A stretch of 64,000 bases of DNA from Eledone cirrhosa (taxonomy: Eukaryota), in NCBI GenBank assembly GCA_964016885.1, contig OZ024743.1, forward strand, positions 41,168,001 to 41,232,000, given 5' to 3'. Made by a program: the position numbers and the translations under genes. Each line of letters starts with the position of its first letter. Within the stretch, counting starts at the first letter, position 1. Shown here one piece after another: positions 27,267 through 41,241 of the stretch. Below the pieces are notes generated by a model. It saw only the letters and a list, made by a program, of their open reading frames with translations, had not been told where the DNA came from and did not search any database.

Positions 27267-28558
27267 ATTTCTCTCTCTCTCTATCTATGTCTCTCTCTCT
27301 CCCTCATACTACCTGGGGCTTGCAATATGCTGAATATCAATCATTATCTCTTTCCGTGCCCTTTTAAACTCTCTCTCTCGTTTGCTGGCTCCAGCTTTTT
27401 CGTGTTCGTGGAAACGCATTTTTATATCACAGATGTTTGGCGTTCTGTCAGCACCTCGAGGAGGTCGGTGGCTACCCCAGTCCATTATTTTTCTACTTTT
27501 ATTAGATTGAGTCAAACATCTTTTTTTCTAAAATGTTCATGGCGAACCGGTTAGTTGCTTTGGCAGCCGTTGTTTTTATTGTTGTTATCATTGTGTTGTC
27601 GTTGATATCTGTCTGTGTTAAGGTTATTTGCAATTTTTGTCTCTGTAATATCTTTTTCATTGTTGCTGTGGTCATGGTCGTTGTCATGTGTCCTGTGTTT
27701 CTGTTAGTGTTGTTGATTTTGTTGTTGGTTTTATTCAGTTTTCCTTGAGAATATGGTGATACATTATTTAAAGGCGGGAAGCTAACCTTGTAATTTTCGC
27801 ATGCAGAGTTGGTGTTGCTGGTGGCTGCGGTGACGTCTATAATGGTGGTAGTTGTGAAGTTGATCGTATTCAAATTCTGGCTGTTATCGACTAAATGAGG
27901 CAAGTTTTTTCGTGTCGCTTTTCACTTCCAATGGTCTGTCATGAGGTTGAGGATGGAATGTTCTCCTCCATTTTTCTTTTAGAATTCTATGGACGAAATT
28001 TGCAACTTTCTGATTTAAGCACAATAACAACAATTTTGAGGCGAAGGGAAACTCCATGAAATCAACCCCAATGCATGACTGGTGCATTACTGTATCCACC
28101 CCACAATGATAAAAGTCAAAGATACTCTCGGCGGATTGGAACTCTGAACGGAAATGGCCGTAACCCTATGCCGCAAAGCATGGTGTCCGATGCTCTACCA
28201 TTACTGCCAAACGGAGATATATGAGATCCCAAAATGTTTAGGACAATACAACGACGAAAAACATAGCAAAAACAACAATCGAAAATATTGGGTTAAAATA
28301 ACAACACTGCTAAGGATAGCATTAAGAAGAACAAATGCGGAAATAAGTGATAACAAGTCCAACGGTACAATGTAATACTATAACCAATGAACCGTAATAA
28401 TGATGGTATTATTGAAAGCTGTTTAATTGATCGTCACCTTGAAGTATGTGGTAAACATATTTGTAGGATTTTGTTTGTTACTATATATAGAAAAATCTAT
28501 GAAGCTAATATTATACTAAGACTTCTTTAACAACAATATTCTCTCATTATTACAGTAG

Positions 28559-28742
28559 CAGGGCGGTGGATTGGCAGTATCTGTAGAGGGTCGGACGTCA
28601 TGCTTTCCAGCATAGTTACGTCCCTTTACGATCTGAGTTCAAATCCCGCCGAGGTTTACTTTGTCTTTTATCCATACAGGGTTATAAAACAAGGCACTAG
28701 TAATACACTGGGTAATTGCTGGCCTTGTGCCAACAGTAGATA
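28559..28742 (+). mobile_element. SINE with 14-bp TSD
   Basis: TSD CATTATTACAGTAG at 28545-28558 and 28743-28756. Confidence 0.88.
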
Positions 28743-30072
28743 CATTATTACAGTAGTTTACCAAGTTATCATTGATAGGAATAGCCTGTCAATCCCATTA
28801 ATATCTGTGTGTATGTGTGTGTATGTGTGAGTTTGTGTGTGTGTCTTTGTCTCATTTGTATATAAATATACATTTGATAAACAAAACAAATACAGTCCTC
28901 TTGCATGTTGTGTGTAATTGTGTGCGTGTAAGTGTGTGTGTACGTGTGTGTCAATGGTAATGTTTCTGTTTTTTTTCTATGTATGCGAGTACGTACGATT
29001 GTCTGCACGTGTTTGTATTTTCGTATGTGTGTTAGATGAGTGTGTGCATGTGTGTCTCCACGCATGTGTGTGTATGTGACTTTTTTCTATTGTTTATATG
29101 CATATGAGGGTTTACGTTTGAGTATGTGTGTGTGTGTATTTTCACTTGTGTGTGGGGATGATGTGCGTATGTAGCTTTGTATTATCTGTAGAGGGAAGAT
29201 TTCTGTGTGCATGTGCATATATGTTTATGTTTGGTTATGTCTCTCTGTGTGTGTATGTGTATGTGTATGTGTATGAGACTGTTTCTATTGATTCTATGTA
29301 TGTCAATGTGTAGGGTTGTGTGTCATTATTTTCACGTGTGTGTCAGATAAGTGTGTATATACATGTATCCATGTTTACGTTGTGGCTATGTGTATAAGTG
29401 TAGTGGAAAGATGCTGTGTGCATGTGAATGAAGGTGAATGTATACTTATTTATGTAGGGTATGTCGGTATGTTGGAATGTCCACGTATAATCAGGGGTCA
29501 AGATCGATGTTATACGATGTTGTAGTCAACGCGCAAGTGGGGGAAAGGGAGGGGTGGGGGCTCACGCAGTACCGAAGTTATTTGGGAGGGAGTTGTTGTG
29601 GCAGGGTGTGTGTATGCGTGCGTGTGTTTGTCAGTGTGTTGTGTGTGAACCTGGAACACAGGGAGAATGTGGAAATAGAGGCTGTTAGTATCTAGGAGTG
29701 CTTGGTGTGTCTATATTGGTGATAGGGAACGAAGGTAGATAGCCGGTGAGTTGGTGGTGGGTGATAGTCGTGTTCGTGGTATTAGAGGTGTGTCTAGTTA
29801 ATTAATTAGTGATGTTGGTATATCTTGCAGACATTACGTAATAGTACTTGACTCAACGCAAAAGCAGATTCTTTTTAATCGCTTCCCCCACGCTGTGAAG
29901 TACACGTTACATAACTACAAAGTCCCAGGATATATCTTACCCGCAATGAACTATCTTGAACGAAAATTCTCTCTCTGCATCAGTCTAACTTGAGTTGTCT
30001 CCCTTATCACCGTCCATTACGCAAAATCCTGTCAGCTCATATATACTTCCGTTCACAGCTCAACCTCACTCG

Positions 30073-30370
30073 GGTTACATAAATCACAACCACATGCAAA
30101 TGATCCTCCCTCGTACAGAGGTGCAGGTTTAAGCCTGGACGAGGAAAATAGAGTTTGTGTTCTATGATCAAGCTTCCATATAAGCCCTGACTGTGCCATG
30201 ATCACCCACTTGTTGAATGTGCATTAGATAACTATTAGATAATAATATTTTAATGATTGTTAAATGTACATAACTTGTGTCATGTGAGGAGAAGAAACTG
30301 AAGCTGAATATGTAAAACAATATCTCTCCTTTCATAATGTATATATTTATAGAAACACACACATGCATAC
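30073..30370 (+). repeat. Dispersed repeat of about 300 bp
   Basis: Diverged direct copy at about 35627-35915 and partial inverted copy at about 34540-34625. Confidence 0.75.
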
Positions 30371-30474
30371 GTTCATGCATGCATACATTTCTTTGTTTAA
30401 CATTATAAATATATATAATATATATGCACAAATGCATGTGCACATATATTTCTTTAGAAATCATAAGGAATCTC

Positions 30475-30525
30475 AGATTCCTGATGATTTCTAAAGAATG
30501 AAACAGTTCTCGTCCTGTAGAATCT
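30475..30525 (+). ncRNA. Type I hammerhead ribozyme, family E, intact core
   Basis: AGATTC CTGATGA(30481-30487) TTTC taaa GAAT GAAA CAG ttctcgtc CTG TA^ GAATCT; stem I covaries with the 25359 copy. Confidence 0.8.
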
Positions 30526-30546
30526 CATCTATATTAAAACTGATAT

Positions 30547-30733
30547 ATGTGGATAATTAATCACTAAAGTAATTGCAGTTTGATTAGATTTCAACAACAA
30601 TGCTATCATTCGGAATATTTCGGGTAAATTTCAACATTATCGATAGAGCAGAAGTTTATTTGGTAGTTATTTTAGAGAAAGTGTTACAATAGGCTTTGAA
30701 GAGTTCCATAGTTCGTATATATATATGCACGTT

Positions 30734-30803
<70 letters not shown>

Positions 30804-31064
30804 TGTGTGTATTTGTGTGGTTATGTACAGGCATGCCTCTTTTATAAATGTCAATAACTTCAATATGCACAGCGTGAAGGCTCATATAAAATACGTAACG
30901 CATAATCCATACGTTATATTACTTCAATGACCTCCACCAAAGACCTCCACCCATCCTAATCACCACCCTCTCCTACCACAAGGAAACATATAAATACCAC
31001 AATGTTACTCGGACAGTCACATTTCTCACGAATGAAACAGTTCTAGTCCTGAAGAAGCTTTTCT

Positions 31065-31159
<95 letters not shown>

Positions 31160-31598
31160 ATATGTATATATATATATATATAATAAAATATGGAAAAAAA
31201 TACTGCAGGTAGCGCATGGATAACATGTAATAAAATGAGTCCCTCATCAGTGATTTGCCGACGATCATAGATGTTTCATTGCATTAAAAATCATATATAT
31301 ATATATATATATATATTTACAATAGAAAAGCTTCTTCAGGACTAGAACTGTTTCATTCGTGAGAAATGTGACTGTCCGAGTAACATTGTGGTATTTATAT
31401 GTTTTCTTGTGGTAGGAGAGGGTGGTGATTGGGATGGGTGGAGGTCTTTGGTGGAGGTCATTGAAGTAATATAACGTATGGATTATGCGTTACGTATTTT
31501 ATATGAGCCTTCACGCTGTGCATATTGAAGTTATGGACATTTATAAAAGAGGCATGCCTGTACATAACCACACAAATACACATACACACACACACACA

Positions 31599-31642
<44 letters not shown>

Positions 31643-31827
31643 TGCATATATATATATACGAACTATGGAACTCTTCAAAGCCTATTGTAACACTTTCTCT
31701 AAAATAACTACGAAATAAATTCTGCTCTATCGATAATGTTGACATTTACCAGAAATATTCCGAATGATAGCGTTGTTGTTGAAATCTAATCAAACTGCAA
31801 TTACTTTAGTGATTAATTATCCACATA
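30547..31827. repeat. Near-perfect long inverted duplication (arms about 520 bp)
   Basis: 30547-31070 mirrored by 31317-31827, including an internal (GT)n/(AC)n tract; spacer is (TA)n-unique-(TA)n. Confidence 0.95.
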
Positions 31828-32159
31828 GACACATTAATGATGAATAGAACCAGATAAATATCCTAGTTTCCATATTATTACAGTAAATAATGTCAATTAC
31901 CAGACAGCAATACTTGTCTTTCAACATGTTATTTCTATTTTTCCCTAGCAAGAAATTCCTATCTCCTTTTTATTTACACCAAAACAATACAACGTATTCT
32001 TCACGTTTTTTTTTTTTTTGCCTTGTTTTTTTCTCTGATGAGACGTTCAACTAAATTGCTATCTATTTATCTCTGTCTCCATCTCTTTCAATTTGGTTTC
32101 ACTGTTTGATCAATGGTCTTTCATCTGCAACTTATTGCTGGATTAGAGACACAGTCTGT

Positions 32160-32248
<89 letters not shown>

Positions 32249-32270
32249 ACACACCCACCCACACACAGTT

Positions 32271-32304
<34 letters not shown>

Positions 32305-32640
32305 GGAGAATTCTTAATAAAAAACACATCATGTTTGTGTATTACCATCACATATATACACACATATGCACAAAGGCATGTGCACATATATATATATATT
32401 GATTCTCCATGATGTGCAATACTATATATATTAAACATTTTCAGTTATAGTCAACTATCGTTCTATTACATATGCAAGCATAATCTCACACATACAAAAA
32501 TGCACTTATATTCTGATATATATTGAGCATTTCATTACGATATTGTTTTGAACAGCTACCCAAGCAATAAAACAGTTGATAAGCACTAAGTTACTTATTG
32601 TTTATATGAATATTCTGATTTCAAATCATGGCATAGCCAT

Positions 32641-33386
32641 GGTTTGATTTTGAAATTTAAATTTGTCTAAACACCATGGCCATTTGCCAATACTGTTTGT
32701 TTTTGTTGATTTATTATTTTAAATCGATATAGGTAAGCTGTAATATTATAATTAGTATACTTCATTCTAGCTAACTTAATTTCTTTTACAATATAAACAC
32801 AGATATGTTGGTATTTGTGTTTCATCATATATATTAATTTATATTTACATTTATTACACGGCTCAGAAATATTCTTTCCTTTGAGCTACTTCATTGTAAA
32901 GGAATGCATGAGTTCTGAACTCAGTACACTTAATATAATTGCTCCTTAAGTTGAGCTGATAGTAGCCCCATATATATACGGCTGTTATTTCTAGCAGTAC
33001 GGGTATGAGGCTGGCTAGAAACTGTAAAACCATGTGCGTTAAACAGTCTTTTAAAATATTTGGAAGTGAAGCATATCAATTTGTTCTGGGTGTTTACTGA
33101 AGAGAGCTGGACAAGATATCCTTACACTTATTTATCTCGAAACATATTTGGATTTTAAAGTTTAAACTTATCTACGGAACAGGTTTGATTTTGAAATTTA
33201 AATTTGTCTAAACACCATGGCCATTTGCCAATACTGTTTGTTTTTGTTGATTTATTATTTTAAATCGATATAGGCAAGCTGTAATATTATAATTAGTATA
33301 TTTCATTCTAGCTAACTTAATTTCTTTTACAATATAAACACAGATATGTTGGTATTTGTGTTTCATCATATATATTAATTTATATT

Positions 33387-33391
<5 letters not shown>
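32641..33391 (+). mobile_element. Partial-tandem PLE-like remnant with 210-bp direct repeats and a degenerate HHR
   Basis: 32641-32850 is nearly identical to 33182-33391; CTGAAGA GAG...CTC GAAA at 33097-33142; ends in (TA)n. Confidence 0.7.
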
Positions 33392-33458
<67 letters not shown>

Positions 33459-33785
33459 AACATGCTATCCGAGGTTCGAACTTACTTTGTGCAGGGCCAG
33501 TATGAACTTAATAGACAACGTAATATGGTCGAAGGAGATAAGCAAATGTGAATACATTCGATTGCTATAATAAGATTAGAAAACCGGGTCCATACCTCTT
33601 ATAGACGGAGATATGATGCCTGCCTCCTCTGCAATTAATCGAAGTGAGCTTTCATTGGTAAGGTGATTTTACTCGATTTTCTGAGGGATCTTATTTGTTT
33701 CCTAACGCTAAGGTTTTGCTTTATGAACTATAATAATGTATTTGTTAATTGATTATATATATATATATATATATACAAACACACA

Positions 33786-33830
<45 letters not shown>

Positions 33831-34299
33831 CGTATGTAAATAAATGTGTATTCCTAGTTTTAGCCTTCAGCTTGAACAAACGGTGCAAATTGGACGTAAT
33901 AGTACATTGAAATTATAAAGGAAACAATATAGACTAAATTATATTAGTAATCTAAATGAAGTGAAAAGTATGAACAATGTAGATGAAATGTATGGTTTTA
34001 CAGTGAAAACAGATGGTTCTAACAGAGAATCAATATGATAATAGTACATTCAATAGCATTAATAGATTTACATCGTGTTTTTACATACTGTACAGCAGAA
34101 TGGAATATGACTCTTGTTTATGTTATAATTTAATGTTAAGGACACAGACAATTTAATATGTTTCCAGGCGCGGGCATATACACACATAGGCATAAAAGCA
34201 CACATATACACAAACACACATATATATAAATACATATATATATATATAAATATATATGTGTGTGTATTTATATATATGTGTGTTTGTGTGTATGTGTGC

Positions 34300-34368
<69 letters not shown>

Positions 34369-34377
34369 TATATATAT

Positions 34378-34541
<164 letters not shown>

Positions 34542-35920
34542 TTTCGCATATTCACTTCAGTTTCGTTTCCATTTATCACACCTGTTAAGTACATTTCAAA
34601 TCATTAAATATCATTATGTAATAGTAATTTAATTTGCTGTCACTAGATAGGTGCTGGAGATGTTAATCTTTTCTCTTTGTTTATCGATAGATATGCCTTT
34701 CCTAGAAGAGATGCTGTCATTTCGGGTTCCGTTAGGCATATGTTATACCAAGGCTGTCAGTAGCAAGCCTGAGGTAGACGAGTGGGAGTTACAGTGCTGG
34801 TGTTAGGAGGTAAATTTAGGTCAGTGTAAAAATAGGTTATATTTTGGTTATTCTGGCTTTGAAAGGGAGTATAAAACATATAACTCTTGCAAGTTGAACT
34901 ATCTATTTTTCATATCAGAACACGCTCATTAGTTAAATCTCAGCGAGTGACTACGATGGTTTATATATTAACACTATTATTATCACCTCGGTGTCCGTAG
35001 GTATTTAGTGAATGGCTATTTATTTAATCTGTGGTGTAGAGGGAAAAAGGCTGGTGCTTCAGCTGAAGCGTGCGAGTATGACTGTGTGCTATTGTGCAAG
35101 CTAAATCTTATTGTATTGGTGTCAAGCGATCGTACCCGTACATACGTGCATACAGTCATATAGTACTCGCGAATGCTTGATCAACAATATGCGCAGACAC
35201 GTAGCCGGACACACAGCCGAAACGCTCATGAGTGCACATTAAAGAAATGAAATTGTCATACAATAAGTAAAAGTGAAGACAGCATGCTAGATGCTAGAGG
35301 AATGGTTATTCAACATCCTCATATGTAAACATGGAGAGTAATAGTTAACTACAAAAGCATGGTACTTAGCAGATGCTAGTGGAATTATCTAAGAGAAATG
35401 GTGAAGCCCACCCGTCCGTTGGATATATTAACTAGTGCGGCTATATATCAGCGTACTAGAGAGGTGCGAAAGGTTATATGGGTTGAGTTCACGTTGATGA
35501 CTCAAAGGGAAGAATTTAAAGAAAAGATTTTAAGAACTTTTTGATATTGTGTATCTACATCTGTTAAAGAAATCTGAGCACCAATTGATTATATGGGGCC
35601 CACACTCAATAATTTTGGCGGCTTCCGTGTTACGTAAATCATAACCACTTGCAAATGATCCTCCCTCGCACAGAGGTGCAGATTTAACCGTGGTACAGGA
35701 AAATGGAGTTTGTGTACTATTCTGATCAAGCTTCCATGATCACCCGCTTGTTGACAATGCATTAGATAAGTATTACAAAATAACATTTTAATGACTGTGA
35801 AATTTACATAACATGTTTGATGTGAGGACAAGAAACTGAAGTTGAATATGTGAAACCACATCTCTCCTTTCATAATGTATATATTTATAGAAACACACAC
35901 GCGCATACATACATGCATAC

Positions 35921-35986
<66 letters not shown>

Positions 35987-36016
35987 GTATGACCATATGT
36001 ATACACAATTATATCG

Positions 36017-36066
<50 letters not shown>

Positions 36067-36087
36067 TATATCGATATTATTTGGGCA

Positions 36088-36212
36088 TCCACTGATGAGT
36101 TTATAAGAGCCCGCTTGTGTATAAAACTATGGATTATATACAAGTTTCTACATAACCCGGAAATTATTTATCCCAAATTGTAGAAATCTTAAAAACGAAA
36201 CGGCCGTCTGGA
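36088..36212 (+). ncRNA. Type I hammerhead ribozyme with intact core and branched stem II
   Basis: TCCA CTGATGA(36092-36098) GTTTATAAGA...TCTTAAAAAC GAAA(36197-36200) C GGCC G TC^ TGGA; G10.1-C11.1, palindromic loop, GUC site. Confidence 0.88.
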
Positions 36213-36692
36213 AGGAAAGAGATATTTATTTAATAGTGTCTCATATAAAATAATACAACAAGCTATCCACAAAATACTGATTAGTTAGCACGCCAAACAC
36301 TAAATTGGGAAAATACTTAGGTATATCCTAATGTTTGTTGAGTGAGATGGAGTTGGTCAGAGTATCGCTTAAGGCTTTCTCTGTTTATGTATTGAATTGT
36401 ATATATATATATATATATATATATGATGATTTCTTTCTCCCGAATTAACCGGTTCTAGTCCTGTAGAAGCCTTTTTCCATATTAAATATATATATATATA
36501 TATTTAAGCAGTGTGAGATATGGATTCTGCGTAACGTATTTCGACTGCCACGTACTAATTACCATTTAGTTAGAGATACGTTAGGCATTATTTTTTAATT
36601 CCTTTTTTCGATTTGCATGATTTAACAATCAACAAATTCCATGCCTTATTGTGTCATAGGATACGAAACTGACACATGCGGTATAAATATTG

Positions 36693-36797
36693 TTTCTACT
36701 TTTGGCACAAGGCCAGCAATTATCCAGTGCATTACTGGTACTTTATTTTATCGACCCCATAAGGATGAAAGGCAAAGTCAACCTCGGCGGGATTTGA
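36693..36797 (-). mobile_element. 5'-truncated SINE with 19-bp TSD
   Basis: TSD ACATGCGGTATAAATATTG at 36674-36692 and 36798-36816. Confidence 0.9.
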
Positions 36798-39059
36798 ACA
36801 TGCGGTATAAATATTGATAGACGTAATGAAGCATTATGCATTCAAGCTGGTCTAGTATCCATCAATAGATACTGACCAATATAGATACGACAGTTTAATA
36901 TATATATACCTATAATGATACATTTCTCTTACATTAAGGACAAGATCTTAACAAGGACTTTATTGCTAGCGTTCACAACAGTTATTGTCCATATTTATCA
37001 CAAACATACATAGCTCTATACAGTACTTTCTGAAAAACATAATAGTGTGGTGTTATTCTGCACGTTAACATACAATAAATCACTCTGAAATCCATGTAAG
37101 TATCGAATGTATATTTTGCAGAACTGATTTTGATTACCTGAACATTTTTTAATTTTATTTTTTCCTAGGCAGTTATTAATTTGAATAATATTAAATGTAA
37201 AGTCCGAAAAATATCGATTAAGAAATTGTTTTTATTTTCTAGATATTGCAAAGGTTTATGTGTGAAAATTACACACATCCAATTCAACCCGATATGTATT
37301 TGGATTGGGACGACACATGGACAAGTTGTGAAGGTGTTTGGCTCCCATTCGTAATTTCATGAGTTCAATTCATGAACCGGGAGACTGGTGGTTTCTTGAG
37401 CAGGGCCTTTTTACGCCAGTTTTTATTCCAGTCCTCTCAGCTATAATACAACTTATGATGGTTTCGTGTCTCGTCTCGGGAAGAGAAATGGTTTCTCAGT
37501 CACTCAATTCCAAATAAAAGGCCTCTAGCATAACATCATTCAGAGAGGGTTAAACACATTGTATGTGTACAGCTAAAACTAAGAGAGTGGCAGGTAAGAA
37601 CATTTTATAGATTGTAAAATACAAACAAACAAATACATAAAGAGATAGAAACACAGTTAAAGATTGTATAGTCATCTTAAGACGATATATATAGACAGAT
37701 AGAACGAAGATATATTCCGATAAGTATAATATAGCGTGTTGGAATAATATATAGAGAGCTAAAAAATAAAGAGTTTTAAAATAATACATAAAAGGTTAGA
37801 ACATTATATAGGTTCTTACAAATGTCATACCGACAATTTATATACAGTTAAAAAAACACTATTGAGCTGAGTAGAAAGACATATGTGATTAATATGAATA
37901 CATCTATAGCTTGAGTTCAACGTTCGCCAGTTGATATTATTGCAACGAAAATTTATTGCTATTATATTAATGACAAAAGGAGATTCCAATACAAAGAAGA
38001 AAAATTCCCACGTTTTCTGCTATTGTTTCTCTATAATCATTGAAATAATAAATCACATGTATGTCATTAATGGCTAAGTTAATTAGAAATAGCCTTAGTA
38101 ATCAATGCTCTGATTCAATTGATCAACAGTTTATCTCTTCAATATATCAACTTTGATTCGATATGATTGTGATGTGTTCATGTCATGTATTATTCTTGAA
38201 TATTTTGTGTGTTTTTTTTTTAATAAATAAAGAGAAGAGAAAAATGAAAAAGATACAGGAAAAAATTGGTTTTTCCATTTGTTCATTGAGAACAAAGAGA
38301 TCACATTTAGTGTCAAGACGTGATACAGTGTACACAGTTCTTTCATGTTAGAGGATGCAATATTGATATAGACGAAGATACTGGTGTCGGTACAACAGCA
38401 AGCTGGAGTTACTGAGAACGCTGATAGTGGAGATTATAGTGGGGTATAAGGTGTGAGGTTTAATGTGCAGATTTGTTTCAGGTATAGGGTGTGGTTTAAT
38501 ACGATGTTTCGGGTGAGGAACAGAGTGAGAATTAATGAAAGGTGAAAAATAATGTGAGGTTGAAGGAAACACTATCAAAGAAATATGAATAAGATTTTCA
38601 CTGTAGATATAGACATTGCAGTATAAATCTGAATCAAGAGAAATTCTGTGGAAAAAATCAATTCTATAAACGACCATATTATCAATATGAAAGGGAGAGA
38701 AAGACGAGCTTTCCATATGTTTTTTATTTTGAAGTACTAATTTTTTAGCGGTTTTAGACAGTGGCCCACGGTTCTGCTGGGGTGATGTCTATATTGATTC
38801 CTTTGACTACAATATCATTTTATATGATACATTTTTACTAGGTTTTGAAGGAACGAAGGAGCCACAGATGGAATGTTAACACTGAACTTAGATCGATGTA
38901 GTGTAAACGTATAGTTATGAGTCTAGGTTTGTGAGGTTCATTTCGCATCCAAGAGCTTCTGTGAGCGTTCCTGCTGTGTGGTTTAGGCAAATGACTTCCA
39001 TGAGAATCGCTGGTCGCCCGTCAATTCTAATGCAGAGTAATGTTCATCATCATTGACGT

Positions 39060-39194
39060 ATAGAGTTACGGCCTTTGCCATTCTGAGTTCAAATCCCGCC
39101 GAGGTTAACTTTGCCTTTCATCCTTATGGGGTTGATAAAATAAAGTACCAGTAATACACTGGGTAATTGCTGGCTTTGTGCCAAAACTAGAAAC

Positions 39195-39197
<3 letters not shown>
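39060..39197 (+). mobile_element. 5'-truncated SINE
   Basis: Same core and tail as the other copies. Confidence 0.85.
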
Positions 39198-39225
<28 letters not shown>

Positions 39226-40061
39226 ATCATCTGACAGAAAGGGATATAATGCTGACCATAGCTAATAAGCTTGAAACTAGTACATCGTTCCTGTGTCAGT
39301 GTTGAACAAAATGAAAAATAACTGAGGTGTCCTACACGAGTGAAAGTATAAAGATAAAAAGATGAAATCGAAAATGCAACTGGAGTCTTATTTAAAAAAA
39401 AATATATATATTTATTTGGTTCCCTTACCGTTTTCGCACTTCTTTATATATATATTTATATCATAATTATTACCAAAAGAGACAGAAATAATGGAGAAAA
39501 AACAAAGAATAGCAGAATCACTCGATCATTATTCGTTTATTTAAGGTTATCTCAGTTTTCAAAAGGGAATTCAGTAAATGCTATATTCAACAACGTCGTT
39601 CCGACATTGCCCAACAGGTATAGGACAAAAAACAATATAACTTGAATGGAGACATAAATGACTACGCACGTATAAAAAGTACTAGGATTAAATGAATTAC
39701 AGTATAAAATAAGCATACAATCACATATAGATTCTGCACTGACTCAGACACTGGACGTCTGTGAATTTTAACTCTGGTTTACAGGATAGATGAAATTTTC
39801 AGCCAGCGTATCGGAAAAGGAAGAGAAAAAGCGTCCAGTCGCGGAACAAATTACACTTACGAAATGAACGAAATATTGTCAGAGACAGAAGTGGCATCAG
39901 TAGGTAAGGGATTTTAGTCATAGAAGGGAGGTCTGGAGTTTCGATAAAAGGGAAGCTAGAGTCACTGTGAATATTATCACAGTTAAGTTATAATGGAAAA
40001 GAACAATTCACGGCATGATTGAAGGTAATTAATAAAAATTAACATTAATATATTCTTCATT

Positions 40062-40353
40062 TTATCGACCCCGTAAGGATGAAAGGCAAAGTTAATCCTG
40101 CCGAGGTTAACTTTGCCTTTCATCCTCACGGGGTCGATCAAATAAAATACCAGTAATACACTGCTGTGATTGCTGGCCTTGTGCCAACACTAGAAACAAT
40201 TGATATATTCTTCATTAGATTTAAGACTGACTGTCAATCATTAATCGTAAATCCCGCCGAGGTTTACTTTGCCTTTCATCTTTACGGGGTCGATAAAATA
40301 AAGTACCAGTAATGCACTGGTTAATTGCTGGCCTTGTGCAAAAAGTAGAAACA
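40062..40353 (+). mobile_element. Fold-back SINE (40062-40202) and adjacent truncated SINE (40249-40353)
   Basis: First has an inverted duplication of its core and TSD ATATATTCTTCATT; second is flanked by ATTAATCGT repeats. Confidence 0.85.
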
Positions 40354-40625
40354 ATTAATCGTTTCTATGGAGGAATAAAAATATAATCTGAAATTTATTT
40401 CTTCGAAATGATTTAAGCTCTATTTATAGTTTCATATGTTGTAGTGAATAATATATATTATTTACAAAATTATAAAGAGACAGTTACGCCTGATAGAGTT
40501 GAAAGAAATAAAGAAAGTGTTGTAAGAAACCAGATGGACCATAGCGCACCAGAGTACTCGATAGAAGTTCGGATCTAGCTGTCGAAACGGCTGGAGCTCA
40601 GGCGTCGGGGTCCTGACTCTTTTCC

Positions 40626-40691
<66 letters not shown>

Positions 40692-40734
40692 AATGTATGT
40701 ATATATGTATGTATGTATATATATATTATATATG

Positions 40735-40806
<72 letters not shown>

Positions 40807-41197
40807 AGTATAACAAAATGTCTTTTTTGACATTGTACTTTACGAAACCATTGCGAGTACATTGGCATGAATTTTCATACATCCTCCGCATCATTACTCA
40901 TATGGAAAGACATATACAGCGATCAAAAAATGTTATGTAAATAAGAAACACACCGGTACCGATAATCAATTTGGAAAGTTTACATTTTGTTACTCTGGCA
41001 ACAGTAACATATTTGAAGACATATATACAATGTATATGACTTTTCTTTTTCCACGTACTTACACACACACAACTTCACCTACATACATATGCATATGCTT
41101 ACTCACCACAAATAGACACGCACACACATATATGCATGCACACATGTAACCCCCCCCCCCACACACACACACGTGTATGCACACATATAAACACACT

Positions 41198-41241
<44 letters not shown>

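Noticed and set aside
31235-31285. Minus-strand GAAAC...GTC...CTGATGAG as a permuted (type II) HHR
   Set aside because: No stem I or stem II pairing.
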